DNA from: a bacterium
GTDB lineage: Bacteria; Patescibacteriota; UBA1384; CAILIB01
DNA: 64,000 nt
Direction: 5' to 3'
Assembly: GCA_037131105.1 (NCBI GenBank)
Contig: JBAXRQ010000001.1
Location: 458,263 to 522,262, forward strand
Positions within the stretch are counted from its first letter, which is position 1. Each line of letters begins with the position of its first letter. A model generated the notes under the pieces. It saw nothing but the letters and a program-made list of their open reading frames with translations. It did not search any database and was not told where the DNA came from. Shown one piece after another: positions 33,410 to 43,702 of the stretch. A program made the translations under genes and the position numbers.

Positions 33410-33834
33410 TGAGCGCCATGGAAATTACTCACAAAACCAAGAACCTTCGTATCGCTCCTCGCAAGCTTCGTCTTGTGGTAGATAAGATCCGCCACCAGAA
33501 TGCTGAGCAGGCTGTCGGTATCCTTGGCTTGGTTCCAAACCGCGGCGGCGAGCTTATCCAGAAGTCCCTGAAGTCAGCTATCCAGGTGGCTAAGGATAAG
33601 AACCTTGATGCTTCCACTCTGGTTATCCAGCGTGCTTACGCCGATGAGGGTATGACCCTGAAGCGTTTGATCGGCCATTCCCGCGGCCGCATGTCCCGTA
33701 TCTCAAAGAAATACAGCCATCTTTCCATCGTGCTTTCCGGTACCGAGCAGGTACGGGCCCGCCGCAAGCCTGCTAAGGCAGCCGAGCCTGAGGTTACGAC
33801 TGAGACGGCCGAACAAGTGAGTCTAACAGCCTAG
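33409..33834 (+). CDS. rplV: 50S ribosomal protein L22.
   Basis: 141 aa, L22 fold signature, with a C-terminal extension. Confidence 0.9.
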   Translation: MSAMEITHKTKNLRIAPRKLRLVVDKIRHQNAEQAVGILGLVPNRGGELIQKSLKSAIQVAKDKNLDASTLVIQRAYADEGMTLKRLIGHSRGRMSRISKKYSHLSIVLSGTEQVRARRKPAKAAEPEVTTETAEQVSLTA

Positions 33835-33837
33835 TTT

Positions 33838-34530
33838 ATGGGACAGAAAGTCAACCCAATCGGAATCCGGATCGGCTTCAACAAAGGCTGGAACGCCCAC
33901 TGGTTCAGCCAGCGTAATTATGCTGCCAATCTTCAGGAGGACTCCATTATTCGTGAGCTTATCCAGAAGCGTCATCCTAAGTCTGGTATTTCCCAGATTG
34001 AGATCTTCCGCAGTCGTGGTGAGGTCGTGGTAAGCGTGCATACCGCGAAGCCCGGTATTATCATCGGACGCAGCGGTTCTGGCGTACAGGACCTTAAGCT
34101 TAAGCTTGAGAAGGCAGCCTTCAGCCGTATGCTTCACAAGGAGCGTCCTACCCTTCGCCTCAACATCGTTGAACTGAAGTCGCCTGAGCTGAACGCTCAG
34201 GTAGTGGCTGACAACATTGCTGGACAGCTGGAACGCCGCATCTCGGTGAAGCGTGCCATAAAGCAGTCCATCGAGAGGACTATGGAGAAGAAGGCCAAGG
34301 GCATCAAGATCCGGGTAGCTGGTCGACTAGGGGGTTCTGAAATCGCCCGTTCTGAGAATATCTCACAGGGTTCCATCCCTCTGCAGACCATCCGCAGCGA
34401 TATCAGCTACGCCCAGGCCGAAGCCCACACCACCTACGGAATCATCGGAATCAAGGTTTGGATCTATCTGGGGCAGTCGGATGTATTTCCTGTCGCTACC
34501 TCAGCCCGGACCAGTAACCCTAACCGCTAG
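33838..34530 (+). CDS. rpsC: 30S ribosomal protein S3.
   Basis: 230 aa. GQKVNPIG(I)R KH-domain start. Confidence 0.95.
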   Translation: MGQKVNPIGIRIGFNKGWNAHWFSQRNYAANLQEDSIIRELIQKRHPKSGISQIEIFRSRGEVVVSVHTAKPGIIIGRSGSGVQDLKLKLEKAAFSRMLHKERPTLRLNIVELKSPELNAQVVADNIAGQLERRISVKRAIKQSIERTMEKKAKGIKIRVAGRLGGSEIARSENISQGSIPLQTIRSDISYAQAEAHTTYGIIGIKVWIYLGQSDVFPVATSARTSNPNR

Positions 34531-34532
34531 CC

Positions 34533-34952
34533 ATGCTGAGTCCTAAGAAAATGAAATATAGGAAGCCACACCGCGGCCGCATGCCCGGTCAGGCTACCCG
34601 TGGCACAGAAGTGTCCTTCGGTGAGTATGGCCTGCAGGCTCAGAGTAACGGGTGGGTGACCGCCCGCGAGATTGAGGCAGCCCGCCGTGCCATGACCCGT
34701 CACATCAAGCGTGGTGGACAGGTATGGATCCGTATCTTCCCTCAGAAGCCGGTTACCAGCCACGGCAGTGAAAACTCCATGGGTTCCGGTAAGGGTGCCG
34801 TCGACCACTTTGTGTCGGTAGTCCGCAGCGGACGTGTCATCTTCGAGATGGCAGGAGTTTCCGAGGAGCTTGCCAAGGAAGCCATGCGGCTCGCCGCCCA
34901 CAAGCTGTCGATTAAGACTAAATTCGTCACTAAGGAACGGGGTCTCGTATGA
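34533..34952 (+). CDS. rplP: 50S ribosomal protein L16.
   Basis: 139 aa. [11 protein letters not shown] start. Confidence 0.95.
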   Translation: MLSPKKMKYRKPHRGRMPGQATRGTEVSFGEYGLQAQSNGWVTAREIEAARRAMTRHIKRGGQVWIRIFPQKPVTSHGSENSMGSGKGAVDHFVSVVRSGRVIFEMAGVSEELAKEAMRLAAHKLSIKTKFVTKERGLV

Positions 34953-35203
34953 GCGATCACAAGCAAATCATCAAGGGTACCGTGGTACGCCTCAGCAGCG
35001 CCCAGACTATCAAGGTCGCCAGCAAGGTTACCAAGGTTCATCCTCTCTACCGCAAGCGTTACAGCCAGGTCCGTCACTATGTGGCTCATGACCCAGCTGG
35101 GACCGCTCAGGTCGGCGATCTTGTCGTCATCGAGAGCTGCCGTCCAATCAGCAAGCGCAAGCACTGGATCCTCCAGGGTGCCCAGATTGACGCCAAGGCA
35201 TAA
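34949..35203 (+). CDS. rpsQ: 30S ribosomal protein S17.
   Basis: 84 aa. KGTVV...KVTKVHPLY signature. Overlaps rplP by 4 nt, so no rpmC (L29) lies between them. Confidence 0.93.
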   Translation: MSDHKQIIKGTVVRLSSAQTIKVASKVTKVHPLYRKRYSQVRHYVAHDPAGTAQVGDLVVIESCRPISKRKHWILQGAQIDAKA

Positions 35204-35245
35204 ATCAGTTACACTAGCAGAAGCGCTTAGAAACGCCCCAGCCAT

Positions 35246-35614
35246 ATGATCCAACCACAGACTATACTTACCGTCGCCGATAATTCCGGAGCTAAGGAGC
35301 TCCTGGTTATTACTGTGCTCGGCGGAGCCGGCCGCGACAGCGCCAGCCTTGGGGATGTGGTGTCGGCTTCGGTTCGCCGGGCTACGCCAGACGGCGCCGT
35401 AAAGAAGAAAGAGGTAGTGAAGGCAGTCATCGCCCGTACTAAGAAGGCGGTTCGTCGAGCCGACGGTTCATCAATCAGGTTTGATGATAACGCCGCCATC
35501 ATTATCGGTGCCGACAAGAACCCTCGCGGCTCCCGTGTCTTCGGACCGGTCGCCCGTGAATTGCACGAGCGAGGCTACTCCAAGATCATCTCACTGGCCC
35601 CTGAGGTCCTTTAA
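35246..35614 (+). CDS. rplN: 50S ribosomal protein L14.
   Basis: 122 aa. [13 protein letters not shown] signature. Confidence 0.95.
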   Translation: MIQPQTILTVADNSGAKELLVITVLGGAGRDSASLGDVVSASVRRATPDGAVKKKEVVKAVIARTKKAVRRADGSSIRFDDNAAIIIGADKNPRGSRVFGPVARELHERGYSKIISLAPEVL

Positions 35615-35616
35615 TT

Positions 35617-35940
35617 ATGACTATGACTATCAAAAAGGGTGACCAGATCCAGGTTATAGCCGGCCGCGACAAAGGCAAGCGTGGCGTTGTGGAGAAGGTG
35701 ATTGCCGAAACCTCCCGCGTGGTGGTTGGCGGTGTAAACATTCGTAAGCACCACCTGAAGCGTAGTAGTTCACGTCCCCAGGGCGGCATCATCGAGATGC
35801 CAGGTGCTTTCAGCCGTGCCAACGTCATGGTGGTATGTCCTCACTGCAGCAAGCTGACCCGTATTGCCCATACCATTTCCGAACAGTCCAAATTCCGCTC
35901 CTGCATTCATTGCAAGGGTAGTCTCGATAACGCCAAGTAA
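35617..35940 (+). CDS. rplX: 50S ribosomal protein L24 with a Cys4 (CxxC...CxxC) C-terminal region.
   Basis: 107 aa. KOW motif KKGDQIQVIAGRDKGKRG. The C-terminal CPHC...CIHC pair suggests a zinc ribbon. Confidence 0.9.
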   Translation: MTMTIKKGDQIQVIAGRDKGKRGVVEKVIAETSRVVVGGVNIRKHHLKRSSSRPQGGIIEMPGAFSRANVMVVCPHCSKLTRIAHTISEQSKFRSCIHCKGSLDNAK

Positions 35941-36536
35941 TGCACCCATTTCTTACCATCTACAACCAGAAGGCAGTACCAAAGCTCAAAGAGGGCCGTA
36001 CCTATGTCTCCTCTTACCTTATTCCACGAGTGACCAAGGTATCTGTCAACATGGGCGTGGGTGACACCGTTGGAAACGGGAAGGCACTTGAAGAGGTGAG
36101 CGAGTTGATGACCCAGATCACTGGTCAGAAGCCTGCTGTCACCAAGGCCCGCAAGGCTATTGCCGGCTTCAAGATCCGTGAAGCCATGCCAGTCGGTCTG
36201 AAAGTTACCCTCCGTGGAGCCCGTATGAACGACTTCCTTATTAAGCTTTCTCAGGTAGTACTTCCTCGTACCCGCGACTTCCGCGGTTTGGTTCCTACCA
36301 GCGTTACCTCTGACGGCAACCTCAACATCGGTATCCGCGACACCCTGATCTTTCCTGAGGTATCCCAGGGCACCCTTTCCCACGGTCTGCAGGTGACCTT
36401 GGTTTCAAACGCACGCACCCAGGAAGAGGCGAGGATTCTCTATGAGTCCCTCGGATTCGTATTCCAGAGTGCTGAGGAAGCTGCTACCCAGGCGCGCCGG
36501 GGCCGCCGTACCAATACCAACTATAAGCGAAGCTAA
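35940..36536 (+). CDS. rplE: 50S ribosomal protein L5.
   Basis: 198 aa L5 signature. Confidence 0.93.
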   Translation: MHPFLTIYNQKAVPKLKEGRTYVSSYLIPRVTKVSVNMGVGDTVGNGKALEEVSELMTQITGQKPAVTKARKAIAGFKIREAMPVGLKVTLRGARMNDFLIKLSQVVLPRTRDFRGLVPTSVTSDGNLNIGIRDTLIFPEVSQGTLSHGLQVTLVSNARTQEEARILYESLGFVFQSAEEAATQARRGRRTNTNYKRS

Positions 36537-36538
36537 GT

Positions 36539-36724
36539 ATGGCGCGCAAAGCCCTTATCGTCAAAGCCAACCGGACGCCAAAGTTCAGTACCCGCATTCA
36601 GCGTCGGTGCTGGAAGTGCGGACGCATTCATAGCGTTTATCGTCAGTTCGGCATGTGTCGTCTCTGCCTGCGCGAGGCCATTCACCGCGGAGAAATCCCC
36701 GGTATCAAAAAGGCTTCCTGGTAA
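36539..36724 (+). CDS. rpsN: 30S ribosomal protein S14 type Z (zinc-binding, 61 aa).
   Basis: CWKCGR...CRLC Cys4 motif, short form. Confidence 0.93.
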   Translation: MARKALIVKANRTPKFSTRIQRRCWKCGRIHSVYRQFGMCRLCLREAIHRGEIPGIKKASW

Positions 36725-36744
36725 TCTAGAAAAGAACCAATCCC

Positions 36745-37110
36745 ATGGATACTATCGCCAACCTACTCACATCGATTCGTAACGCCGAGATGGCCCGTCT
36801 GCAGACGGTACTGACCCCTACCTCAAAGTTGAGGAAGGCAGTTGCTACTATTCTTCAGAAAGAGGGCTATATCGCTGGCCTTGAAGAGGTGGACGGCAAG
36901 CTGAAGATTACCCTAGGTGCCAAGGGCAAGCGCCACACCTACAAACGGGTAAGTAAGCTGGGCCGCCGCGTCTATGTAGGCGTTGGCAAGATCCCCCTTA
37001 TCCTTGGAGGCAAGGGCATGGTCATTATCTCCACTTCAGAAGGCGTACTGTCCGGCCGTGAGGCCCGCAAGCGCAAGCTCGGTGGCGAGCTGATCTGCGA
37101 AGTCTACTAA
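36745..37110 (+). CDS. rpsH: 30S ribosomal protein S8.
   Basis: 121 aa. DTIANLLTSIRNA start. Confidence 0.93.
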   Translation: MDTIANLLTSIRNAEMARLQTVLTPTSKLRKAVATILQKEGYIAGLEEVDGKLKITLGAKGKRHTYKRVSKLGRRVYVGVGKIPLILGGKGMVIISTSEGVLSGREARKRKLGGELICEVY

Positions 37111-37119
37111 TTCACAGCT

Positions 37120-37653
37120 ATGTCCCGCATTGGAAAGCAACCTATCACCATTCCTTCCGGCATCACCGTCGAGCTTAAGCCCGGCCTGATTGTCGTGAAC
37201 GGCACCAAGGGCACTCTTGAGGTACCGTACTTCGATGGACTTGAGATCACCCTCACTGAAGGCGTCCTTGAGGTCGCATGCGTCGATATGGCTGAGCGTC
37301 CTAAGCAGGGCCTGCAGCGTACTTTGATCCAGAATGCCGTTACCGGCGTAAGTACCGGATGGGACAAGAGCCTTGAGCTGAACGGGGTTGGTATGCGTGC
37401 CGCTATGGCAGGTGCCGGACTCAATCTCAGCCTTGGATTCTCGCACCCTGTGGCCGTTGAGGCTCCTGCCGGTGTTCAGTTCCAGGTTGTGAAGAACGTC
37501 ATCACTGTCTCAGGTACTGATAAGCAGCTGGTAGGTGAGACCGCCGCAAACATTCGCAAGCTGCGCAAGCCTGAGCCTTACAAGGGCAAGGGTATCCGCT
37601 ACGTAGGAGAAGTCGTCCGCCGCAAGGCCGGTAAGACCGGTAAGGCCAAGTAA
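37120..37653 (+). CDS. rplF: 50S ribosomal protein L6.
   Basis: 177 aa. SRIGKQPI start. Confidence 0.95.
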   Translation: MSRIGKQPITIPSGITVELKPGLIVVNGTKGTLEVPYFDGLEITLTEGVLEVACVDMAERPKQGLQRTLIQNAVTGVSTGWDKSLELNGVGMRAAMAGAGLNLSLGFSHPVAVEAPAGVQFQVVKNVITVSGTDKQLVGETAANIRKLRKPEPYKGKGIRYVGEVVRRKAGKTGKAK

Positions 37654-37661
37654 TATCTACC

Positions 37662-38024
37662 ATGTCTACCACCACCCAACAGCATCAGACTCTTCTTCGC
37701 CGCAAGCGCCGCACCCGCGCCGCTCTTTCAGGCTCCATGGAGCTGCCACGCCTAAGCGTCAGCCGCAGTCTTCGTCACATCTCTGCTCAGATTATTGATG
37801 ACAAGAAGGGTGTTACTCTCGTAAGCGCCCATGACATCCAGCTAGATGCCAAGCTTGCCAAGGCCCACAAGACCGAAAAGGCCGCAGCAGTAGGTGCCAA
37901 GCTGGCTGAGCTAGCTACCGGCGCCAAGATCAAGGCCGTGCGCTTTGACCGCGGCGCTTACAAATACCACGGACGGGTAGCGGCATTGGCCGACGCCGCT
38001 CGCAAAGGCGGACTCAAGTTCTAA
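37662..38024 (+). CDS. rplR: 50S ribosomal protein L18.
   Basis: 120 aa L18 signature. Confidence 0.9.
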   Translation: MSTTTQQHQTLLRRKRRTRAALSGSMELPRLSVSRSLRHISAQIIDDKKGVTLVSAHDIQLDAKLAKAHKTEKAAAVGAKLAELATGAKIKAVRFDRGAYKYHGRVAALADAARKGGLKF

Positions 38025-38039
38025 CCGATAAGTCACACT

Positions 38040-38513
38040 ATGGCCCGTTACAATTCCGACAATTCAGCACCCAAGGAAAAACCCGAATTCGAGGAGTCGG
38101 TAGTTCAGGTTGACCGTGTGACCCGCGTTGTGAAAGGCGGCCGCCGCATGCGATTCCGCGCTCTTGTCGTGGTAGGTGATCGCAAAGGACGCGTAGGTGC
38201 CGGTGTCGCAAAGGACAATGAGGTCCAGGGCGCCGTCCAAAAGGCAGTCCTTGCCGCCAAGAAGGCTATGATCAAGGTGCCCCTTACCGAGAACGGCTCT
38301 ATTCCTTACGAGATCACCCAGCACTACGGTGCTTGCCATGTTCTCCTTAAGCCAGCTGCCGAGGGTACTTCTATCATTGCAGGAGGCGGAGTTCGCTCAG
38401 TCGTTACCCTGGCCGGTATTGAGAACATCCTTTCCAAGAGTCTAGGATCCAATAACAAGGTGAACGTAGTCATGGCCACTATTAAGGCCCTGAAGCAGTT
38501 CTCCCAGGAGTAA
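38040..38513 (+). CDS. rpsE: 30S ribosomal protein S5.
   Basis: 157 aa S5 dsRBD and C-terminal domain. Confidence 0.95.
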   Translation: MARYNSDNSAPKEKPEFEESVVQVDRVTRVVKGGRRMRFRALVVVGDRKGRVGAGVAKDNEVQGAVQKAVLAAKKAMIKVPLTENGSIPYEITQHYGACHVLLKPAAEGTSIIAGGGVRSVVTLAGIENILSKSLGSNNKVNVVMATIKALKQFSQE

Positions 38514-38514
38514 T

Positions 38515-38946
38515 ATGCGTATTCACACCATCACATCTACCAACCCGATCAAGAGCGGACGCCGCGTAGGCCGCGGTATTTCGGCTGGCCAGGGCAAGAC
38601 TGCCGGCCGTGGTACCAAGGGCCAGAAGGCTCGTACCGGAGCTAACAGCAACATCCCTCGTACTTTCGACGGTGGCGCCACCAACTTCGTACAGCGCCTA
38701 CCTAAGCTGAAAGGCTTTACGAGCGCTCGCCTGCGTCCGGTAACCATTAATCTTGCTACCTTGGCTCGTTCCTTTGAGGACAAGGCTGTCATCAGTCTTA
38801 CTTCTCTAGTTGAAAAGGGTATTATTGATGAGCACGCCCTGAAGTCAGGCGTTAAGATTGTCGGCACCAGCGGAAAGATTGAGAAGAGCTTCAAGTACGA
38901 TCTGGAAGATACTCGTCTGCGCATTGCCAAGAGCCTCCAGGCCTAG
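38515..38946 (+). CDS. rplO: 50S ribosomal protein L15.
   Basis: 143 aa. GRGxxxGxGKTxGRG motif. Starts 2 nt after rpsE, so there is no rpmD (L30). Confidence 0.93.
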   Translation: MRIHTITSTNPIKSGRRVGRGISAGQGKTAGRGTKGQKARTGANSNIPRTFDGGATNFVQRLPKLKGFTSARLRPVTINLATLARSFEDKAVISLTSLVEKGIIDEHALKSGVKIVGTSGKIEKSFKYDLEDTRLRIAKSLQA

Positions 38947-38995
38947 TACCATGGCGAGGAGGGGTGAAGGTTTATAAAGCTAGTTATTCACGCCC

Positions 38996-40288
38996 ATGCC
39001 TCCCTTTTTACGGCCCATCCAGCGTTTCTTCTCGATTCCGGACCTACGACGTCGGTTCTTCATTGTTGTGTCCCTAGTGACGGCAGCCCGTTTGATTGCC
39101 TCTATTCCTATTCCTGGCGCAGACGCTGCTAATATTCGTAGCTTTCTAGATACCAATTCAGCATTTTCTCTGCTGAACGTCTTTACTGGTGGAGGACTGA
39201 TCAACTTCTCCATCGCCTTGATGGGAGTGGGTCCATATATTACCTCCTCTATTATCTTCCAGCTGCTGACCCTGGTGATTCCTTCTTTGGAGTCCTTGAG
39301 CAAGGAGGGTGAGTTCGGCCGTAAGAAGATCAACCAGTACACCCGTATGGCTACCGTCCCTCTGGCCCTTATTCAGGGCTTCGGTACGCTGACCTATCTA
39401 CGTAATGCCCAGATCATCAGTGAGTGGACCCCCTGGCATTTGGCCTTCATGCTTATCATGGCCATGGGCGGAACCTTCCTCTTGGTGTGGATCGGTGAGC
39501 TTATCTCGGAGCAGGGAATTGGAAACGGTATCTCCATTATGATTACCACTGGTATCGTCTCCACCTTCCCGACCCAGATCGAGCGTTCCTTCCAGTTGTA
39601 TTCAGCAGGTATTAGCAGCCAGCAGCTTCTGCAGTTGGTGGGCTTCGTCCTGCTGGCCTCACTTGCCTTGGCCTTTATCATTTTCATGAATGATGGTCAG
39701 CGAAACATTCCGATCAGCTATGCCAAGCGGGTACGGGGTAATCGGGTCTACGGGGGAGTGGACACGCATCTTCCTATCAAGGTAAATGCCTCAGGAGTAA
39801 CCCCGATCATCTTTGCAGTTAGCATGGTACTGTTCCCTTCGATTATTGCCCAGTTCCTCAAGCAGGCCCATTCTTCGCAGGTCCAGCACATTGGAAACGT
39901 GGTTTACGACTTCTTTGCCAACCAGTGGAACTACGCAGCCATCTACTTCTTCCTGGTCATTGCCTTCACCTTCTTCTATACCTTTATTATCTTCCAGCCT
40001 AAGCAGATGGCCGAGAACCTGCAGCGTCAGGGAGGCTTTATCCCTGGTATTCGTCCGGGTCCTGACACCGAGCTATATATTTACAACGTCCTGCAGCGCC
40101 TGACCATTATCGGAGCCCTGTTCCTGGCCCTTATCGCCGTACTTCCCTTCGTCGCTCAGCAGGTGACCAAAGTCCAGACTATCAGTCTCGGCGGCACCAG
40201 TCTGCTCATCGTAGTGGCCGTAGTCTTGGAAATCATGCGCCAGGTCAAGGCTCAGCTGCTTACCCGCACCTACGATACCTATATCTAG
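38996..40288 (+). CDS. secY: Protein translocase subunit SecY.
   Basis: 430 aa, 10 TM helices, SecY motifs. Confidence 0.95.
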   Translation: MPPFLRPIQRFFSIPDLRRRFFIVVSLVTAARLIASIPIPGADAANIRSFLDTNSAFSLLNVFTGGGLINFSIALMGVGPYITSSIIFQLLTLVIPSLESLSKEGEFGRKKINQYTRMATVPLALIQGFGTLTYLRNAQIISEWTPWHLAFMLIMAMGGTFLLVWIGELISEQGIGNGISIMITTGIVSTFPTQIERSFQLYSAGISSQQLLQLVGFVLLASLALAFIIFMNDGQRNIPISYAKRVRGNRVYGGVDTHLPIKVNASGVTPIIFAVSMVLFPSIIAQFLKQAHSSQVQHIGNVVYDFFANQWNYAAIYFFLVIAFTFFYTFIIFQPKQMAENLQRQGGFIPGIRPGPDTELYIYNVLQRLTIIGALFLALIAVLPFVAQQVTKVQTISLGGTSLLIVVAVVLEIMRQVKAQLLTRTYDTYI

Positions 40289-40309
40289 TAGCGCTAGTTA
40301 ATACTCTCA

Positions 40310-40966
40310 ATGTTGCCGAACCTGCACATTCTCGGTATCCAGGGTAGCGGCAAAGGAACTCAGTCCTCCCTTCTGGTTGAGAAATACGGTCTTTCCTATA
40401 TCTCATCAGGAAATCTGTTTAGAGAACGTTCCCAGCAGAATGACGAGTTAGGTCAAATTATCGCCCAGGAGCTTAAGGCTGGCAGACTCTTACCTGATCT
40501 TTTGCTTTTTAGGGTATTAGAGCAGTATCTGGATAAGGGCGCCGTTCATAAGGGGCTTTTGGCAGACGGGGTCATCAGAACGCTTGCACAGTATGAAGGA
40601 CTGGAAGCTACATGGAAGGGTCATTCTCTTGAAGAGCCTTTTCTTATCCATCTTGTTCTCAGTGAGAAAGTGGCCGTTGAGCGCATTCACCAACGTGAGA
40701 AGGATGTAAAAGACCTTTCCAAGGCTGAATACCACAAGACATATAGTGGAAAGCTTGCCCACAGGACTGATGACAACCCCAAGGCTATCCAAGAGCGATT
40801 CGCTCTGTTTCATGAAATGACCACCCCAGTGATCAAACGTTTTGAGGCCTCGGATCGTTGCGTCCATATCTCAGCGGACCGAAGCGTGGAAGAGATCCAT
40901 GCTGACATCTGCCATGAGGTAGAAAAAGCCTATCCTTCCTTATCTCCCATCGATGTCCACCGTTAA
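40310..40966 (+). CDS. adk: Adenylate kinase (short LID, no zinc).
   Basis: 218 aa. P-loop GIQGSGKGTQ, LADGVIRT, R(T)DDNP. Confidence 0.85.
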   Translation: MLPNLHILGIQGSGKGTQSSLLVEKYGLSYISSGNLFRERSQQNDELGQIIAQELKAGRLLPDLLLFRVLEQYLDKGAVHKGLLADGVIRTLAQYEGLEATWKGHSLEEPFLIHLVLSEKVAVERIHQREKDVKDLSKAEYHKTYSGKLAHRTDDNPKAIQERFALFHEMTTPVIKRFEASDRCVHISADRSVEEIHADICHEVEKAYPSLSPIDVHR

Positions 40967-41702
40967 ATCCTCCCAGGACCTGGCCCTGATACGAGTTGCT
41001 GGCCAAAAGCTTGGCCGTATTCTGAGTGTAGCCTCAATGAAGGCAGTAATCGGCATGACCACTTCTGATTTAGACGACATAATCAGTGACCTTATCACGA
41101 CAGAGGACTGTACCGCGTCCTTTCTGGGGTATGACGGTTTTCCACGTAGCTCGTGCCTTTCGATCAACCAACAGGTAGTACATGGCATACCGGGTACACG
41201 AATGCTGGCAGACGGCGATGTGTTGGGTATTGATGTTGGACTCTGGTACAAGGGGATCTGCGTCGACGGGGCTGTCACCATTATCATAGGGCAGGGGAGT
41301 GAGGAGGCTGAGCGCCTGTTAGAGTGCACTAAGCAGGCGTTGTTTGCCGGCATCCGGGCCATTAAGCCGTTTCGTCGGGTAGGTTCGATTAGTCAGGCTA
41401 TACAACAGGTTGCCGAAGAGAACGGCCTGGGCATCGTACGGGCACTTACTGGTCACGGAGTGGGCCATCATGTGCACGAGCCCCCGGAGGTGCCAAATCT
41501 TGGGCGTATAGGCGATGGAGCCTTGCTGAAGCCAGGTATGGTATTGGCAATCGAGCCCATGTTTACCCTGGGAAGTGGAGACGTTCTTACCGAGGTTGAT
41601 GGGTGGGGAATAGTTACGGCAGACGGTAGTCTGGCTGCCCAGTTTGAACACACTGTCATCATCACTGCGCGGGGTGCGGAGATTGTTACACTTCCCGTAT
41701 AG
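40953..41702 (+). CDS. map: Methionine aminopeptidase type I.
   Basis: 249 aa with a pita-bread metal-ligand pattern. Confidence 0.9.
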   Translation: MSTVKSSQDLALIRVAGQKLGRILSVASMKAVIGMTTSDLDDIISDLITTEDCTASFLGYDGFPRSSCLSINQQVVHGIPGTRMLADGDVLGIDVGLWYKGICVDGAVTIIIGQGSEEAERLLECTKQALFAGIRAIKPFRRVGSISQAIQQVAEENGLGIVRALTGHGVGHHVHEPPEVPNLGRIGDGALLKPGMVLAIEPMFTLGSGDVLTEVDGWGIVTADGSLAAQFEHTVIITARGAEIVTLPV

Positions 41703-41740
41703 TCTCCCCCTTGCACTTATCTGGTGGTTCTGGTATGGTT

Positions 41741-41765
41741 GATAGGAACTTCCTTCGGAAGCTTT
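41741..41765 (+). terminator. Hairpin plus T-tract after map.
   Basis: CTTCCttcGGAAG followed by CTTTTG. Confidence 0.4.
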
Positions 41766-41850
41766 TGTAATGCTTCTCGGAGTGTGGCTCGTCTATCAGA
41801 CGCGTCGTGAGGTATCAGCTTATCAGTTACCATCAGGGCCCAGCGCATTC

Positions 41851-42144
41851 ATGGCAAAAGACGTTTTGACTCTACAAGGAGAGGTTACCGAGGCTTTGCC
41901 AAATGCAATGTTCAGGGTTGAGTTGGAGAACGGACTTACTATCCTTGCCCATCTCTCTGGTAAAATGCGGGTCCATTACATTAAGGTCCTGCAAGGTGAC
42001 TGGGTGACTGTAGAGCTGACCCCTTACGACCTCTCAAAGGGTCGGATTATCACCCGGCTCAAGCCGGAGGATGCGCGTCTGCTCAGTCGGACCAAGATGC
42101 AAAAAAGTAACACCCCCTCGAATGAAGGTACGAGCATCAGTTAA
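41851..42144 (+). CDS. infA: Translation initiation factor IF-1 with a roughly 25-aa C-terminal extension.
   Basis: [12 protein letters not shown]...MFRVELENG...GKMR...YDLSKGRI S1-fold signature. Start chosen at the internal ATG at 41851; the track ORF at 41770 has a non-homologous N-terminal extension. The ORF's last 23 nt overlap rpmJ in a different frame. Confidence 0.85.
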   Translation: MAKDVLTLQGEVTEALPNAMFRVELENGLTILAHLSGKMRVHYIKVLQGDWVTVELTPYDLSKGRIITRLKPEDARLLSRTKMQKSNTPSNEGTSIS

Positions 42145-42238
42145 GAAAATGTGTAGCAAGTGCCGGGTGTTTCGTCGTCACGGTGTTCTTCGTATCGACT
42201 GCGACAGCAACCCCAAGCACAAACAGCGTCAAGGTTAA
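42122..42238 (+). CDS. rpmJ: 50S ribosomal protein L36 (zinc-binding form). Not in the ORF track because it is under 60 aa.
   Basis: My translation is [38 protein letters not shown], 38 aa with a C-x2-C...C...H motif and a TAA stop at 42236-42238. Confidence 0.9.
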   Translation: MKVRASVKKMCSKCRVFRRHGVLRIDCDSNPKHKQRQG

Positions 42239-42247
42239 CCCTATCCT

Positions 42248-42634
42248 ATGCCACGAATTGCCGGTGTAACCATTCCGTCTGAGAAGCGAATTGAGGTCAG
42301 CCTGACCTATGTCTTTGGCGTCGGCCTTCACCGCAGCCAGCAGATCCTTAAAGAGGCTGGTGTCAGTCCCGATATCCGGGCTGGCAAGCTTTCCGAGGGT
42401 GAGCTAGACAAGATTCGCGCCGTTTTGACAACGGTTGGCAAGGTTGAAGGTGATCTACGTCGTGAGATTACCTCGAACATCAAGCGTCTGCGTGACATCG
42501 GCTCGTACGCCGGATCACGACATGCCAAGGGCCTTCCGGTACGTGGTCAGGGTACTAAGACCAATGCCCGCACCCGCAAGGGAAAGAAGATGACGGTAGG
42601 CAGCGGCCGCAAGGGTGCCGCCCAGAAGACCTAA
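42248..42634 (+). CDS. rpsM: 30S ribosomal protein S13.
   Basis: 128 aa. PRIAGV(T)IP start. Confidence 0.95.
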   Translation: MPRIAGVTIPSEKRIEVSLTYVFGVGLHRSQQILKEAGVSPDIRAGKLSEGELDKIRAVLTTVGKVEGDLRREITSNIKRLRDIGSYAGSRHAKGLPVRGQGTKTNARTRKGKKMTVGSGRKGAAQKT

Positions 42635-42658
42635 ACTACAGCGAAACACCCCAACCTT

Positions 42659-43060
42659 ATGGCTACTACCAAAGCAAAACAGAGCAAAGGCAAAAAGAAG
42701 TCGGTTCGCAAGAACGTCGGACTTGGTATTGTGTATATCCGCTCTACGTTTAACAATACCCAGGTTTCCATGACCGACAGCGTCGGTAACGTACTGGCCT
42801 GGCAGACCTCGGGCGCTAACGGTTTCAAGGGCGCACGCAAATCCACCCCCTACGCCGCCACTCAGGTCACCACTACCCTTCTTGAGAAGATCAAGCCCAT
42901 GGGTATTACCCACGTTGAGGTTCGCGTTGCTGGCGTAGGTAGCGGCCGAGACGCTGCCCTGCGTGCCCTTACTACCAGCGGCATGACCATTCACACTATC
43001 CGAGACCTTACCCCTTTGCCTCACAACGGCTGCCGGCCTCCCAAGGCTCGCCGCGTATAA
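42659..43060 (+). CDS. rpsK: 30S ribosomal protein S11.
   Basis: 133 aa S11 signature. Confidence 0.95.
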   Translation: MATTKAKQSKGKKKSVRKNVGLGIVYIRSTFNNTQVSMTDSVGNVLAWQTSGANGFKGARKSTPYAATQVTTTLLEKIKPMGITHVEVRVAGVGSGRDAALRALTTSGMTIHTIRDLTPLPHNGCRPPKARRV

Positions 43061-43073
43061 CCTATAGTACCCT

Positions 43074-43670
43074 ATGGCTCGATACATTGGACCCAAAATG
43101 AAAATCTCCCGGCGCTTCGGCGTCAAGCTTGGTTTGCGCACCAATGAGGAGGTTGTAACAAAGCGCCCTTACAAGCCAGGTGTACACGGTCCTCGCGGTC
43201 GCCGCGGCCGGGTAAGTGAGTATAGTCTCCAGCTTCAGGAGAAGCAGAAGGCGAAGTATATCTACGGAATCCTAGAAAAGCAGTTCCGTAACTACTATCT
43301 GAAGGCTTCTAAGTCTCAGAACGTCGGTCTTTCCCTGCTGCAGCTGCTCGAGACCCGTTTGGACAGCGTAGTATATAAGTCTGGTTACGCCCTGACCCAG
43401 AACCAGGCTCGGCAGTTCGTCGGTCACGGCCACGTTCAGGTAGACGGCAAGAAGGTGTCCATTCCTTCCTTCCAGGTTATGCCTGGAATGAAGATCTCCG
43501 TTGATTCCCAGTACCGCAAGATGGTAGACGAGCAGCGCGGATTCACTCCTGAGCTACCTGTCTGGCTTCGCCAGGAGGACAAGGGTACCGAGGTACTTGC
43601 CCTGCCTATCCGTGAGCAGATCCCCAGCCTTGTCGACGAGCAGCTCGTCGTCGAGTTTTACTCTCGCTAA
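43074..43670 (+). CDS. rpsD: 30S ribosomal protein S4.
   Basis: 198 aa. MARYIGPK start. Confidence 0.95.
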   Translation: MARYIGPKMKISRRFGVKLGLRTNEEVVTKRPYKPGVHGPRGRRGRVSEYSLQLQEKQKAKYIYGILEKQFRNYYLKASKSQNVGLSLLQLLETRLDSVVYKSGYALTQNQARQFVGHGHVQVDGKKVSIPSFQVMPGMKISVDSQYRKMVDEQRGFTPELPVWLRQEDKGTEVLALPIREQIPSLVDEQLVVEFYSR

Positions 43671-43702
43671 ATCTTATTCATCACTCTAACGAGCACTACG
43701 GT

